The translations under genes and the position numbers were made by a program. This document shows, piece by piece, positions 52,512-62,039 of a DNA stretch of 64,000 nucleotides. The stretch is from contig CAVVXH010000010.1 of assembly GCA_963752155.1 (NCBI GenBank), positions 224,001 through 288,000 of the forward strand. The letters are read 5' to 3'. The stretch comes from an uncultured Parachlamydiaceae bacterium (GTDB lineage Bacteria > Chlamydiota > Chlamydiia > Chlamydiales > Parachlamydiaceae). Position 1 is the first letter of the stretch, and the number at the start of each line of letters is the position of its first letter. Below the pieces are notes generated by a model, which saw only the letters and a list, made by a program, of their open reading frames with translations, was not told the DNA's origin and ran no database searches.

Positions 52512-53395
52512 TATGTGGACGTAATCAACGATGCAAACGATACAACGATAAAAACGATAAAAACGATATAAACGATAAGAACGATAGGAATGATAGGAAC
52601 GATAGGAACGATACAACGATAAAAACGCTTTTCAAGATTATTTACAAAAGTCTAGACACTCCCACTCCCTACGTCACAATTTCTCATAGACTTCTTCTAG
52701 ACTAGTCGAAAAGTCCTCATTGCTCTGCAGTCTTTTCCATTCCAATTTCCTATGTCGGAAATTTACTAACAAACCGATTTGAAGTTGAGAAGCTTTTAAA
52801 TAGTTGAATAATTGTGCCTGATGTTCGCGAACCAAACTTTCACAACATTTTAATTCCACGATCACGGTTTTTCCTACAACCAGATCTGCGTGATATCGAC
52901 CGATTACTTTGCCTCTAAACATTACTTCAAAAGGTCGTTCTACTTCGACCTCTAGGCCCATCTGTCTCATCGCAATCAATAGCGCATTTTTGTAGACTTT
53001 TTCCAGAAATCCTGGCCCAAGCTCCTTCATGACCTCAAAACAACAGTTCAGAATGGTGCCCGTCAATTCATGATGAGGTAATTTTTTGTCTTCTTCCATC
53101 GTTCTTATCGTTCCTATCATTCTTATCGTTTTTATCGTTTTTATCGTTCTTATCGTTCTTATCGTTTATATCGTTTTTATCGTTTTTATCGTTCTTATCG
53201 TTCTTATCGTTCTTATCGTTTTTATCGTTTTTATCGTTTTTATCGTTCTTATCGTTCTTATCGTTCTTATCGTTTTTATCGTTTTTATCGTTTTTATCGT
53301 TCTTATCGTTCTTATCGTTTATATCGTTTTTATCGTTCCTATCGTTCTTATCGTTTATACCATTGATCTATAGTTAGTAGCAACAGTCTGAACGG
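52512..53395 (-). mobile_element. Putative element: GxxExxY gene enclosed by inverted 9-bp tandem arrays
   Basis: AACGATARR x~11 at 52527-52627 and YTTATCGTT x~29 at 53097-53360; flanks shared with 471-1132. Confidence 0.75.
52674..53099 (-). CDS. GxxExxY family protein (PD-(D/E)XK nuclease fold)
   Basis: LGPGFLEKVY, ADLVV, IVELK, HQAQLFNYLK and GLLVNF. Confidence 0.92.
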   Translation of the reverse strand: MEEDKKLPHHELTGTILNCCFEVMKELGPGFLEKVYKNALLIAMRQMGLEVEVERPFEVMFRGKVIGRYHADLVVGKTVIVELKCCESLVREHQAQLFNYLKASQLQIGLLVNFRHRKLEWKRLQSNEDFSTSLEEVYEKL

Positions 53396-53478
53396 TAGCT
53401 CACTTCACTTTTTCTAGAGCTGTCAAAGGCCTTCACCACTTCACTCCCATAATTAGAAGTTGCTATTGCTATCTCTTG

Positions 53479-55167
53479 CTATCTCTTCCTATCTCTGTTG
53501 AGAAAAATAAATGGAAACAAAACCCCAAGACAACAAAGCAAAAGAATTGGACTATTTCCAAATCGACTATAAATTGTGGGGTAATGGTATCTCGGAACTT
53601 CGACGTATAGAGCATCGGCAATCCATTGTGATTCCGGCGATGTATCTCCTAACATCGCAATGATTTGCCCAAAACTGTCGCAGGCTGTCGTAATTCCTGT
53701 ATTGCAAGCTCGAACAATAGGGACTCCATTTTCAACGCTACGCAATCTAGCAAGATCGAAATGTTGTTTAGGTAGATTGGAATTGGGGTACCATACATCG
53801 CTCGAAAGATTGACAAGCAGCTCTGCTCCGTTTTGACGGCATTCTCGCATGATATTTCCAAAGGTCTCTTCATAGCAAATAGAAACCCCAAAAGGAATAG
53901 TACTTCCATGGAAAACTGTCGCTTCGGTTCCGAAAGTTAAAGATCCTTGAATTCCATATTTTGCTGCCAGGTTGTGGAAGATTGAAAAAGGGATATATTC
54001 AGCCATCGGAAGTAAGATCCGTTTAGCATAGTGTGGAGAGGCAGCATAAACAGACTCATCTGTTGAATTGGGTTTAAAATGGATCGCTGCACTATAATGT
54101 TGTGCCTTGGCATTTTCATCTTGAATAACATTTTCTAGACCAGCGATGACTTCAGACTGAAAGATATTGGCAACGGCTTGTGCCCAGAAAGCATTATTAA
54201 CGAACCATCTATTTCCTTGATTTGAGATAGATTGACGAGCAAATGGCTCTTGTAGGGGAGGAAACTTTTGTTTAACAGATTCACCGTAAGTTGCGGTAAT
54301 CGCTTTTTCTACCTCTTCATAGGGATAGATAGGTAAATAGGTTGCAAAAGGAACGACGTATTCGGGCAAAGCAATCAGGTCAATATTCTTTTCACGATAA
54401 GGGTGTAAAATTTTAAAAATTTGAGCCCACTCGTCTATGACGTAATCGACATACTGCGATCTCGTATCAAAGACTAGAGCCTCTTCCGCTGGAAAAGCTG
54501 TTTGCACTAACAGAGTTCTATAAGGATTCGACGGTTCTTGAATGGGGTAATGAAAATGAAATATTCCAAATAGATAAGGGAATGCAGCGAGCGATATCCA
54601 TGCGACTAAGTTCTTTTTACTTTGGTAAAACCAAGCTCTTAATCCCATCATATTTACAAGAATAACCCAGAAAGAAAGTAAATAGATTCCTCCAATGGAA
54701 GCTAATTGCATTGAATAAAGATGATTGGTTAGGGCAATTCCTGCGGGATTCCAGGTATATCCTGAGAGAAAATAGAGTCGACTCCATTCAAACAAAGTCC
54801 ACAAAGAGGCTAAAGCGATCGCTTGAGAGATTTTTTGAAGTCGTTCAGGTTTAATAAAAATAGACAACACCCCCCATTGCATTCCCCATAAAATGCAAAA
54901 CAACGCATAGACAAAATAGATATAATTGAAAGGGTGATACAGTAGCCATTTAAGTTGTATCGCTTGTACCGCGAGGAACCATAGTGTCCCTATTAAAAAG
55001 CGCTGTTTTGCTGAAGTAATTTCAAGCAAGACTCTGCACATCAGTGCATAGCCGCACAGAGCTGATAGAGTGCTCAACCAAGGAATGCCGGCAGGCTGCC
55101 CATAACTCACAATGACGAAGGAAATAAAGAGCAAAAGGAGCGCTCGGATCATGCCTAATGTTGCCAA
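53479..55167 (-). CDS. lnt: Apolipoprotein N-acyltransferase
   Basis: ALPE, KRILLPMAEYIP, ICYE and RSVENG. Confidence 0.92.
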   Translation of the reverse strand: MATLGMIRALLLLFISFVIVSYGQPAGIPWLSTLSALCGYALMCRVLLEITSAKQRFLIGTLWFLAVQAIQLKWLLYHPFNYIYFVYALFCILWGMQWGVLSIFIKPERLQKISQAIALASLWTLFEWSRLYFLSGYTWNPAGIALTNHLYSMQLASIGGIYLLSFWVILVNMMGLRAWFYQSKKNLVAWISLAAFPYLFGIFHFHYPIQEPSNPYRTLLVQTAFPAEEALVFDTRSQYVDYVIDEWAQIFKILHPYREKNIDLIALPEYVVPFATYLPIYPYEEVEKAITATYGESVKQKFPPLQEPFARQSISNQGNRWFVNNAFWAQAVANIFQSEVIAGLENVIQDENAKAQHYSAAIHFKPNSTDESVYAASPHYAKRILLPMAEYIPFSIFHNLAAKYGIQGSLTFGTEATVFHGSTIPFGVSICYEETFGNIMRECRQNGAELLVNLSSDVWYPNSNLPKQHFDLARLRSVENGVPIVRACNTGITTACDSFGQIIAMLGDTSPESQWIADALYVEVPRYHYPTIYSRFGNSPILLLCCLGVLFPFIFLNRDRKR

Positions 55168-57692
55168 AAAATATAAGGGAGTTCTAGAGGTGTTAAATTC
55201 GGCGCATTTGGAACTATACGAGGCGTATAGTAACTAATCGGATAATCAGCAGGGACTTCTGCTTGAAAAATATGCATGTTGGAAGGGTTTATGGATTTCC
55301 CTATTTCTTTCATAATGTAAATTGATGGCATAGAACCTCCATTTTTATAAAGTTCGACTCTTATATCATTAGGATCTATTTTATCTAAAAAGACTTCAAT
55401 ATTAAATCGATAAATGTCACCAAGGTTCTCTGTGCTTATCTTACCAAAGTATAAATTATTCCAGCTTTCATTGATAGTCTTAATTTGTTTTGTAACATTT
55501 CCACTTAGTCGATTTTGATAAAGCTGAGCTGCAGGAAGATAGTATTTTTCAGTATACTCACGTACACAACGATTACTTGAAAAATAGGGGGTAAGTTCGG
55601 CCATGCTAGATCGGATACGTTTAACCCAATCAACTGGGATGTTTTCCCCATTTCGCGTATAAAAAGAGGGGATGACTTCGTTCTCTAACAAAGTGTAAAG
55701 GGCATCTGCATCTTGGGCATCGCGAGCTTGTTCATCGATTCCCTTCCCATTGTGAGATTGGCCGATTGCCCAACCGACTTGAGGTGAATAGGCTTCAGCC
55801 CACCAGCCGTCAGGGATAGATAAATTGAGCCCTCCATTGACAAGAACTTTCATTCCACTTGTTCCGCAAGCTTCCCAAGGGCGTAGAGGGGTATTAATCC
55901 AGACGTCGACTCCTTGCACTAATTCTTTGGACAAGAGCATGTTGTAATCGCTCAAGAAAATAACATGAGGGGATACTTCAGGCCGTTTAATAAATTCGGA
56001 CCATTGTCGAATGAGGGCTTGGCCAGGCAGATCAGCAGGGTGAGCTTTACCGGCAATCAAAAGTTGGATTGGGTGTTTAGAGTTATTGAGGAGGGCAATA
56101 AAGCGTTCAGGATTGTGCAATAATAAATTGGGACGTTTGTAAGTTGCAAAACGTCTTGCAAAACCTAGTGTCAAAGTATTGGGATCGAAAATTTTCTTGG
56201 CCTTCTCTATTTCTTCTGCGGTTGCACCAGCGATTGCCAGTTGAGTCGGAAGACGGCGTCTTGTAAAGTCTACAAGATTTTGACGCAGGAGTGAACGCAT
56301 ATTCCAAATGGGAGCATCGGGAACGGCATTCATCTTTTTTTCTAAACATTTAGTATCTTGCATCCACCGTTCTTTTCCACATGCATTAGTCCATAATTCA
56401 TCAGAGTGAATAGAGTCCCAGCTAGGCATGTGTACGCCATTGGTGATGTGTCCAATAGGGACTTCTTCTTCAGGCCAACGAGGGAATAAAGGAGCAAACA
56501 AACGTTTACTGACTTTTTCGTGCAAACCACTAACAGCATTGGCAAAAGCGCTTCCACGCATCGCTAAATAAGCCATATTGAAGTATTCTTTATCGTTGTT
56601 AGGATCTATCCTGCCGAGAGCTAACAATTCTTTTAAGGATATTTTTAGAAGATTTTGAGTATAGTAATTTAGGAATTTTTCAATGAGTTCCGGACTGAAG
56701 CGGTCAAAACCAGCTTCAACAGCTGTGTGAGTAGTGAAAAGATTACCTGAACGTGTGATTTGAAGGGCTGTATGAAAGTCCACTTGATGCTCGATCATAT
56801 AAGAACGTGCACGTTCAAGTATTGCAAAAGCTGCATGACCTTCATTGAGATGACAAACTGCAGGTGAGAGATTTAAGGCTTCAAGAAGCCTCCATCCTCC
56901 TAAGCCAAGAATGATTTCTTGTCTAAGACGAAGCTCGGCATCACCTCCATAAAGTTCACTTGTAATGGCCCTATAGGCTGGAAAATTTGCGGGATCATTG
57001 GTGTCGAGGAGAAGCAATTTGACTCTGCCTACGATCACTTGCCATGTTCTTACCCAGAGGGTATATCCGGGGAGTGCAATTTCGAGGCGGAGCCATTCGC
57101 CATCCGATTTGCGTAAGGGTGTGATGGGCATTTGGCCAGGGTCATTATAAGGATAAAAAGCTTGCTGGGCTCCGTGGTTATCCAAAACTTGCCTAAAATA
57201 ACCTTGTTGATAGAGCAATCCGATCGCTACAACAGGAAGACCTAAATCGCTAGCAGCTTTTAATTGATCTCCGGCGACATTACCTAGACCCCCGGAATAG
57301 ATAGGAAGAGCTTCGGTAAGCATATATTCCATGCTGAAATAGGCGACACAGTTTAATGGGCTATTTTGATGCGTTTCGCTAAACCAGCTGGGTTGTGACT
57401 TTTCTAGACGGTTATTTTCGACCAGATCCTGAGCAAGAGTATGAAAATGGGGATCTGACAATAATTTTTCAAGCTTTTCTCGCGAAGCGACTTGCAAAAC
57501 ATCTTTAGGATTGCGAGTAAGTTTCCACAATTCTGGATTGAGTTTTTCCCATAACGCATCTGAACTACGATTCCAGGACCAATGAAGATTTTCGGTAAGT
57601 TGTTTCAAGAGCTCGTAGCCGAGGATATTGCAGTGATCTTCGATAGGTGATTGAGTTTTCGTCTCCATAAGATTCCTAATCCTCCACTGCAA
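55155..57692 (-). CDS. glgP: Alpha-glucan (glycogen) phosphorylase
   Basis: YSGGLG, ARRFATYKR and EACGTSGMK. Confidence 0.93.
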   Translation of the reverse strand: MQWRIRNLMETKTQSPIEDHCNILGYELLKQLTENLHWSWNRSSDALWEKLNPELWKLTRNPKDVLQVASREKLEKLLSDPHFHTLAQDLVENNRLEKSQPSWFSETHQNSPLNCVAYFSMEYMLTEALPIYSGGLGNVAGDQLKAASDLGLPVVAIGLLYQQGYFRQVLDNHGAQQAFYPYNDPGQMPITPLRKSDGEWLRLEIALPGYTLWVRTWQVIVGRVKLLLLDTNDPANFPAYRAITSELYGGDAELRLRQEIILGLGGWRLLEALNLSPAVCHLNEGHAAFAILERARSYMIEHQVDFHTALQITRSGNLFTTHTAVEAGFDRFSPELIEKFLNYYTQNLLKISLKELLALGRIDPNNDKEYFNMAYLAMRGSAFANAVSGLHEKVSKRLFAPLFPRWPEEEVPIGHITNGVHMPSWDSIHSDELWTNACGKERWMQDTKCLEKKMNAVPDAPIWNMRSLLRQNLVDFTRRRLPTQLAIAGATAEEIEKAKKIFDPNTLTLGFARRFATYKRPNLLLHNPERFIALLNNSKHPIQLLIAGKAHPADLPGQALIRQWSEFIKRPEVSPHVIFLSDYNMLLSKELVQGVDVWINTPLRPWEACGTSGMKVLVNGGLNLSIPDGWWAEAYSPQVGWAIGQSHNGKGIDEQARDAQDADALYTLLENEVIPSFYTRNGENIPVDWVKRIRSSMAELTPYFSSNRCVREYTEKYYLPAAQLYQNRLSGNVTKQIKTINESWNNLYFGKISTENLGDIYRFNIEVFLDKIDPNDIRVELYKNGGSMPSIYIMKEIGKSINPSNMHIFQAEVPADYPISYYTPRIVPNAPNLTPLELPYIFWQH

Positions 57693-58125
57693 TGGATTTG
57701 TTTAAAAGTTCTCGCGTGCAGTAAATGGGTACATTGTTCATTAAGGCTAGGATGATACAGTCACTTGGTCTCGAATCTATCTCTAAGATATGTCTGATTT
57801 CATCTTTTTCTAATTCAAGATATAAACGTGAATAGTAGATGGTGTCTTCAACATCATTGATGATGACCTGTTTGATGCGAACTCCAAAGCCTTTGAAAAT
57901 TCCGTTTAGGAGTTCATGAGTCAAAGGCCGTTGGGTTTCGACTCCTGTCAGGTACATCTGAATAATTTTGCCGATGTTGGGGTCTGTATAGATGGCAAAG
58001 CGTTTTTCAGGAGTTCCCATGACGATGACAGTGTACGTCTTGGTTTGCATAATCTTGTCAAAAGTCAATTGTATGAGTTCATTTAGCATTTCAAAGTTCC
58101 TTAAAAAGCTTTTATATTCTTTCAA
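57676..58125 (-). CDS. Bifunctional nuclease (DUF151) family protein
   Basis: RPLTHEL and IDSRPSDCI. Confidence 0.85.
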   Translation of the reverse strand: MKEYKSFLRNFEMLNELIQLTFDKIMQTKTYTVIVMGTPEKRFAIYTDPNIGKIIQMYLTGVETQRPLTHELLNGIFKGFGVRIKQVIINDVEDTIYYSRLYLELEKDEIRHILEIDSRPSDCIILALMNNVPIYCTRELLNKSIAVED

Positions 58126-61096
58126 TGACTAATGGAACTTCTCCTTTTTCTCGGAGAATCTCATTTTCTTTTTCCAGAAGATCTTTGCTTGCAAAGATGA
58201 TAGGAATTCCTAAATTTATTTGAGGCACAATTTCGGCTTTTACAGCTTCTATAACATCTTCTTTTGTTAGCGAAAGGATAGCTGTACGGAATTTTTGACG
58301 TAAAGGTTGCGGTTTACCTTCTCGTAGCCATCCATAGGCAACATCGCCTCGGCTTCCAGGAGAAATTGGCACATCTAGGGATTGGATCATTTCAAGTTTT
58401 GCTTCTTCTAGATCGATCTCGTCGAAATCTCCTCTGATCAGTAAATCGATAGATTCATTAAAGGCATCTAGGGTTGCGCTGATGTTGGGATCTCGATAGG
58501 AATAAAAATAAAAATTGGCAGCCATCGAATTGCATATAGCTCCTCCGCCGTAGGCCCCACCCTGTTCTCTGATTTTGGGATGCAAGATAAGGTTATCGGC
58601 CAAAAAGGCAGCGATATTTAATCCTGGAGCATGTGGATGTGAGTAGGAAACAGTTTTCAAAACCTTGCCTATAAAGGCAATTGGAGAAGCTGTCATCTTT
58701 CCTTGAGGAACAATTTTTGGCAATGTGTAGTTTTCAGTATTCCAAGGTTGGAAAGGTTTTGTTGGGATTGACGTTAGGCCATAAAACTTGTGTCGCTTGA
58801 GTTCATCATACATGGCTGCATCGCAAGTCGTGATCAAGTTGGGGTTGTCTAGACCAAGCAAAGAGTCTTTGAAACGAGAAAGTTGTTCAGCAAGCCATGG
58901 GAGGCGCATATCGACGTTGTCGGCAATATCCTTAATTTGCTTGTAGTAGTCGAGCCCATACCAGGCGTTGGCTATTTTTGAAGGGAAATCGAGACTAGCC
59001 GCTGAAAGATTGATGGCATAGCGTAGGGAGCTCTGATGCAACGAATTTTGCAAACTGATAAAATGCTTCATGACCACTTCTCGAAGACGGGGCAAGTCAG
59101 TAAAATCTAGAGATGTCACAATTTCCTGCATTAATGTCATTAACCTTTGGCTCTTACGGTGCAAAGCTTTGCCGCGAATGTAGAGGGACGGGAAAAAAAG
59201 TTCAGAATTTTGAGCTTGCAAGTTAAATGTGAGCGAGGCTTTTATTCCACCTGTATGGGCCTGAACATATTCCAAATTATCTGCATAGTTGCGCCCTCCA
59301 CATCCCATTTGAGGAAGTAAAACAGTGAATAAACGCACCAATGGAAGATCAGCCTCGGCAATTTTTGGAAGATCGTAAACTAAGTCAGCATAAAGAATAC
59401 TATTGGTAAATGTTGTATGTTGAAAAATTTGTAGACCATTAACTTCTTCCTTCATCAGGGGAAAATCGCGTGCAATTTTCGGCACATCATCGAGAGTCAC
59501 CTTTGGAAGAATACTTTGATCTGCTTCTTCTTGCATCAGTTGAAAGGTTGAAAGTGCAGCAGTTTGTGATTGAATCTTTTCAATTTTTTCAGGGGTTAAG
59601 TTTTTTTGAATTGAATTTAGAGTCGCTTCTTCTTCAGCTAATTCCTTAGCGGCTAATTGACTATCTGGTTCCAAGACAACGCGGACGGAATGGGGATTAT
59701 TGATCAGATGCTTATAGATGAGGTTGCTAAAGTAGTGAGGATTGGCCAAATTATTTTTGTGAACAGCTTCTACTAACCGATGAATTTGCAGCCCTTCTTC
59801 TGGGTTAGCTCCGTGTTGTTTCAGTAATGCTGAACGCATAAATAACGATAATCCATAGGGGCCATGATCTCCCGTGATCTCACTTCGATGGATTTCCAAT
59901 TGATGAAGTGCGTTTTCTATTTGATGCAGAGGGATGCCGACTTCAGCAATTTTCGTTAAGGTAAGCTCAATCAGTTCTTCTAGATAAGAAGCATTTTCTG
60001 GTTTGCATCCTCGTAAAGTAATTGTGAATGGAATTTCACTTTGATCAGTTTCGATGTAGCTGCTGACTTGTTTACAGAGTCCTGATTTTAAAAGAGCCAT
60101 TTTTAACGGCGAAGCATCAGTGTCGAGGAGTATAACCTCCAAGATACTCAGAGCTAAAATTTCTTCTTGTTCGAGAACATGGCATGTGAGCCATCCAAAA
60201 GAAATGATTGTCTGTTCTTCTAGAGTTTCATCTTCTTGGATAGGGTAATGAGCATTGACATACTTCCGTTCGGTAAAACGTTTTTGTTTAGGTATCGGTG
60301 GTAGTGGTGAAACTTTTTTAGTTTCTTTTAGGGTGTGGCTGGAAATGAAATCTAAGTGGCCGGCCAACGATTGATTTCCATAGAAGAAAAATAAACAGCG
60401 GCTAGGATGATAATAATAGCGATGGAATTCTTTGAGTTCTTCGTAGGTAAGTGAAGGGATATTTTGGGGGTCTCCCCCTGAGTTATAGCCATATGTTAAA
60501 TCGGGAAAAAGGGCAGCATTGAGAGCCTCGCTTAAACGTGCATTGGCAGATGACATGGCCCCTTTCATTTCATTGAATACGATCCCTTTATATTCCAAGG
60601 GAGAGGACGGGTCTTCGTTATCCAGGAATTCTAATCGATGTCCTTCTTGTAAAAAACTTAAGTAATTGAGTTCGGGATGAAAGACGGCATCGAGATAGAC
60701 ATCGAGTAAATTATAGAAATCATTGATGACCTGTGTCGCAGCGGGGTAACAAGTGAAGTCAGCGCCTGTCAGAGCATTCATAAAGGTGTTTAAGCTGCGG
60801 CGAGTCATGGCAAAAAATGGATCTTTGACAGGGAATTTTTCAGATCCGCACAGAACAGTATGTTCAAGGATGTGAGCCACACCATTTGAACTATGAGGGT
60901 GTGTTTGAAAAGAAAGGCAGAAAAGATTTTCAGAGTCATCATTGGCGATATGCATGATCTGAGCTCCCGTTGGCAAATGAATGAGCTCATAGAGGTGACA
61001 TTGCAGTTCATCGATAGCAAGTGATTTGATGACTTCAAAATCGTGATAGCGCTGTCCTACAGTTGCAAATAATTTATCTACTTTACCTGTTGCCAT
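58112..61096 (-). CDS. M16 (insulinase/PreP-like) zinc metalloprotease
   Basis: HILEH, MNALT and IREQGGAYGG. Confidence 0.92.
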   Translation of the reverse strand: MATGKVDKLFATVGQRYHDFEVIKSLAIDELQCHLYELIHLPTGAQIMHIANDDSENLFCLSFQTHPHSSNGVAHILEHTVLCGSEKFPVKDPFFAMTRRSLNTFMNALTGADFTCYPAATQVINDFYNLLDVYLDAVFHPELNYLSFLQEGHRLEFLDNEDPSSPLEYKGIVFNEMKGAMSSANARLSEALNAALFPDLTYGYNSGGDPQNIPSLTYEELKEFHRYYYHPSRCLFFFYGNQSLAGHLDFISSHTLKETKKVSPLPPIPKQKRFTERKYVNAHYPIQEDETLEEQTIISFGWLTCHVLEQEEILALSILEVILLDTDASPLKMALLKSGLCKQVSSYIETDQSEIPFTITLRGCKPENASYLEELIELTLTKIAEVGIPLHQIENALHQLEIHRSEITGDHGPYGLSLFMRSALLKQHGANPEEGLQIHRLVEAVHKNNLANPHYFSNLIYKHLINNPHSVRVVLEPDSQLAAKELAEEEATLNSIQKNLTPEKIEKIQSQTAALSTFQLMQEEADQSILPKVTLDDVPKIARDFPLMKEEVNGLQIFQHTTFTNSILYADLVYDLPKIAEADLPLVRLFTVLLPQMGCGGRNYADNLEYVQAHTGGIKASLTFNLQAQNSELFFPSLYIRGKALHRKSQRLMTLMQEIVTSLDFTDLPRLREVVMKHFISLQNSLHQSSLRYAINLSAASLDFPSKIANAWYGLDYYKQIKDIADNVDMRLPWLAEQLSRFKDSLLGLDNPNLITTCDAAMYDELKRHKFYGLTSIPTKPFQPWNTENYTLPKIVPQGKMTASPIAFIGKVLKTVSYSHPHAPGLNIAAFLADNLILHPKIREQGGAYGGGAICNSMAANFYFYSYRDPNISATLDAFNESIDLLIRGDFDEIDLEEAKLEMIQSLDVPISPGSRGDVAYGWLREGKPQPLRQKFRTAILSLTKEDVIEAVKAEIVPQINLGIPIIFASKDLLEKENEILREKGEVPLVIERI

Positions 61097-61294
61097 TCTG
61101 ACTCTTTGTTATGCGTTATAGGAAGTGAAATAGATGACTAGTTCTTTCTTTAGCATACTGGCATCAAGAGTTTTTTGCCAAGCATGAAGTCTAGTAGTTC
61201 AGGGCGCATGAAATTAGATGCCTGATTTAGCACTGAAGTTCATGCTGCTGTATTTTCTCTTCGATAAAAAAGATTAAAACTGTTAAGTTAGTAG

Positions 61295-61429
61295 AAGAAC
61301 TTCGGAATTAGAAAGGTCGCACAAAAGATGATTAAAGAAGATATTAACATACAAATAATTGCAATCTCTACGGGTCTTTCAATTGAGGAAGTTAAAACAA
61401 TTGCAACAACTTCTGAGCGATTATTATGA
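61295..61429 (+). pseudogene. Isolated Rpn-family (PD-(D/E)XK putative transposase) C-terminal segment
   Basis: KVAQKMIKEDINIQIIAISTGLSIEEVKTI; TGA overlaps the recR ATG. Confidence 0.55.
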
Positions 61430-62025
61430 GATATCCACAGCATTTAACAAAATTAATTGAAGTCCTTAAAAAGCTTCCTGGTGTTGGGGGTAAAAGTGCA
61501 GAACGCTTTGCCTTTCAACTTATTCAATGGCCCGAAATTCAGCTTGGAGAAATGGCCGATATCATTGCTACCAGCAAGCAAAAGTTGCGTTATTGTTCCA
61601 CTTGTGGTTGCCTGGGCGATGAAAATAGTTGTCATTTCTGCACCGATCAACGTACAGCCTGCGGGACTCTATGCGTGACAGCCTCCGCTCGCGATGTTTT
61701 CGCAATCGAAGAGACCCGCGAATTTAAAGGGACTTACCACGTTCTCGGAGGACTGCTTTCACCATTGGAAGGACAAGGGCCTGAAGTTCTAAAACTTCAA
61801 AAATTAAAGGAACGTCTGGTTCAAGCCAATATTTGTGAGGTAGTGATCGCTATTGACTCAACTGTTGAAGGAGATGCTACAGCCTTATACCTTAAAGGAG
61901 AGCTTGCTGCGCTACCTGGCGTAAAAGTTTCTCGTTTGGCTTTTGGTTTGCCAATGGGCAGTCCACTCGATTATGTAGATGGTGGAACTTTAGCTCGTGC
62001 TTTTTCCGGTCGCTCTTTCTATTAA
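61426..62025 (+). CDS. recR: Recombination mediator RecR
   Basis: LPGVGGKSAER, C4 Zn finger, YHVLGG and EGDATA. Confidence 0.95.
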   Translation: MRYPQHLTKLIEVLKKLPGVGGKSAERFAFQLIQWPEIQLGEMADIIATSKQKLRYCSTCGCLGDENSCHFCTDQRTACGTLCVTASARDVFAIEETREFKGTYHVLGGLLSPLEGQGPEVLKLQKLKERLVQANICEVVIAIDSTVEGDATALYLKGELAALPGVKVSRLAFGLPMGSPLDYVDGGTLARAFSGRSFY

Positions 62026-62039
62026 AGGACTGTTGCAAC

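Noticed and set aside
52527..53360. Possible CRISPR array
   Set aside because: Contiguous 9-bp units with no spacers and no cas genes in the window
53086..53373. (IVL/IVF)n hydrophobic ORF
   Set aside because: Array read-through antisense to the GxxExxY start
61227..61253. TTAGCACT, possible CIRCE/HrcA operator
   Set aside because: The second half-site GAGTGCTAA is absent
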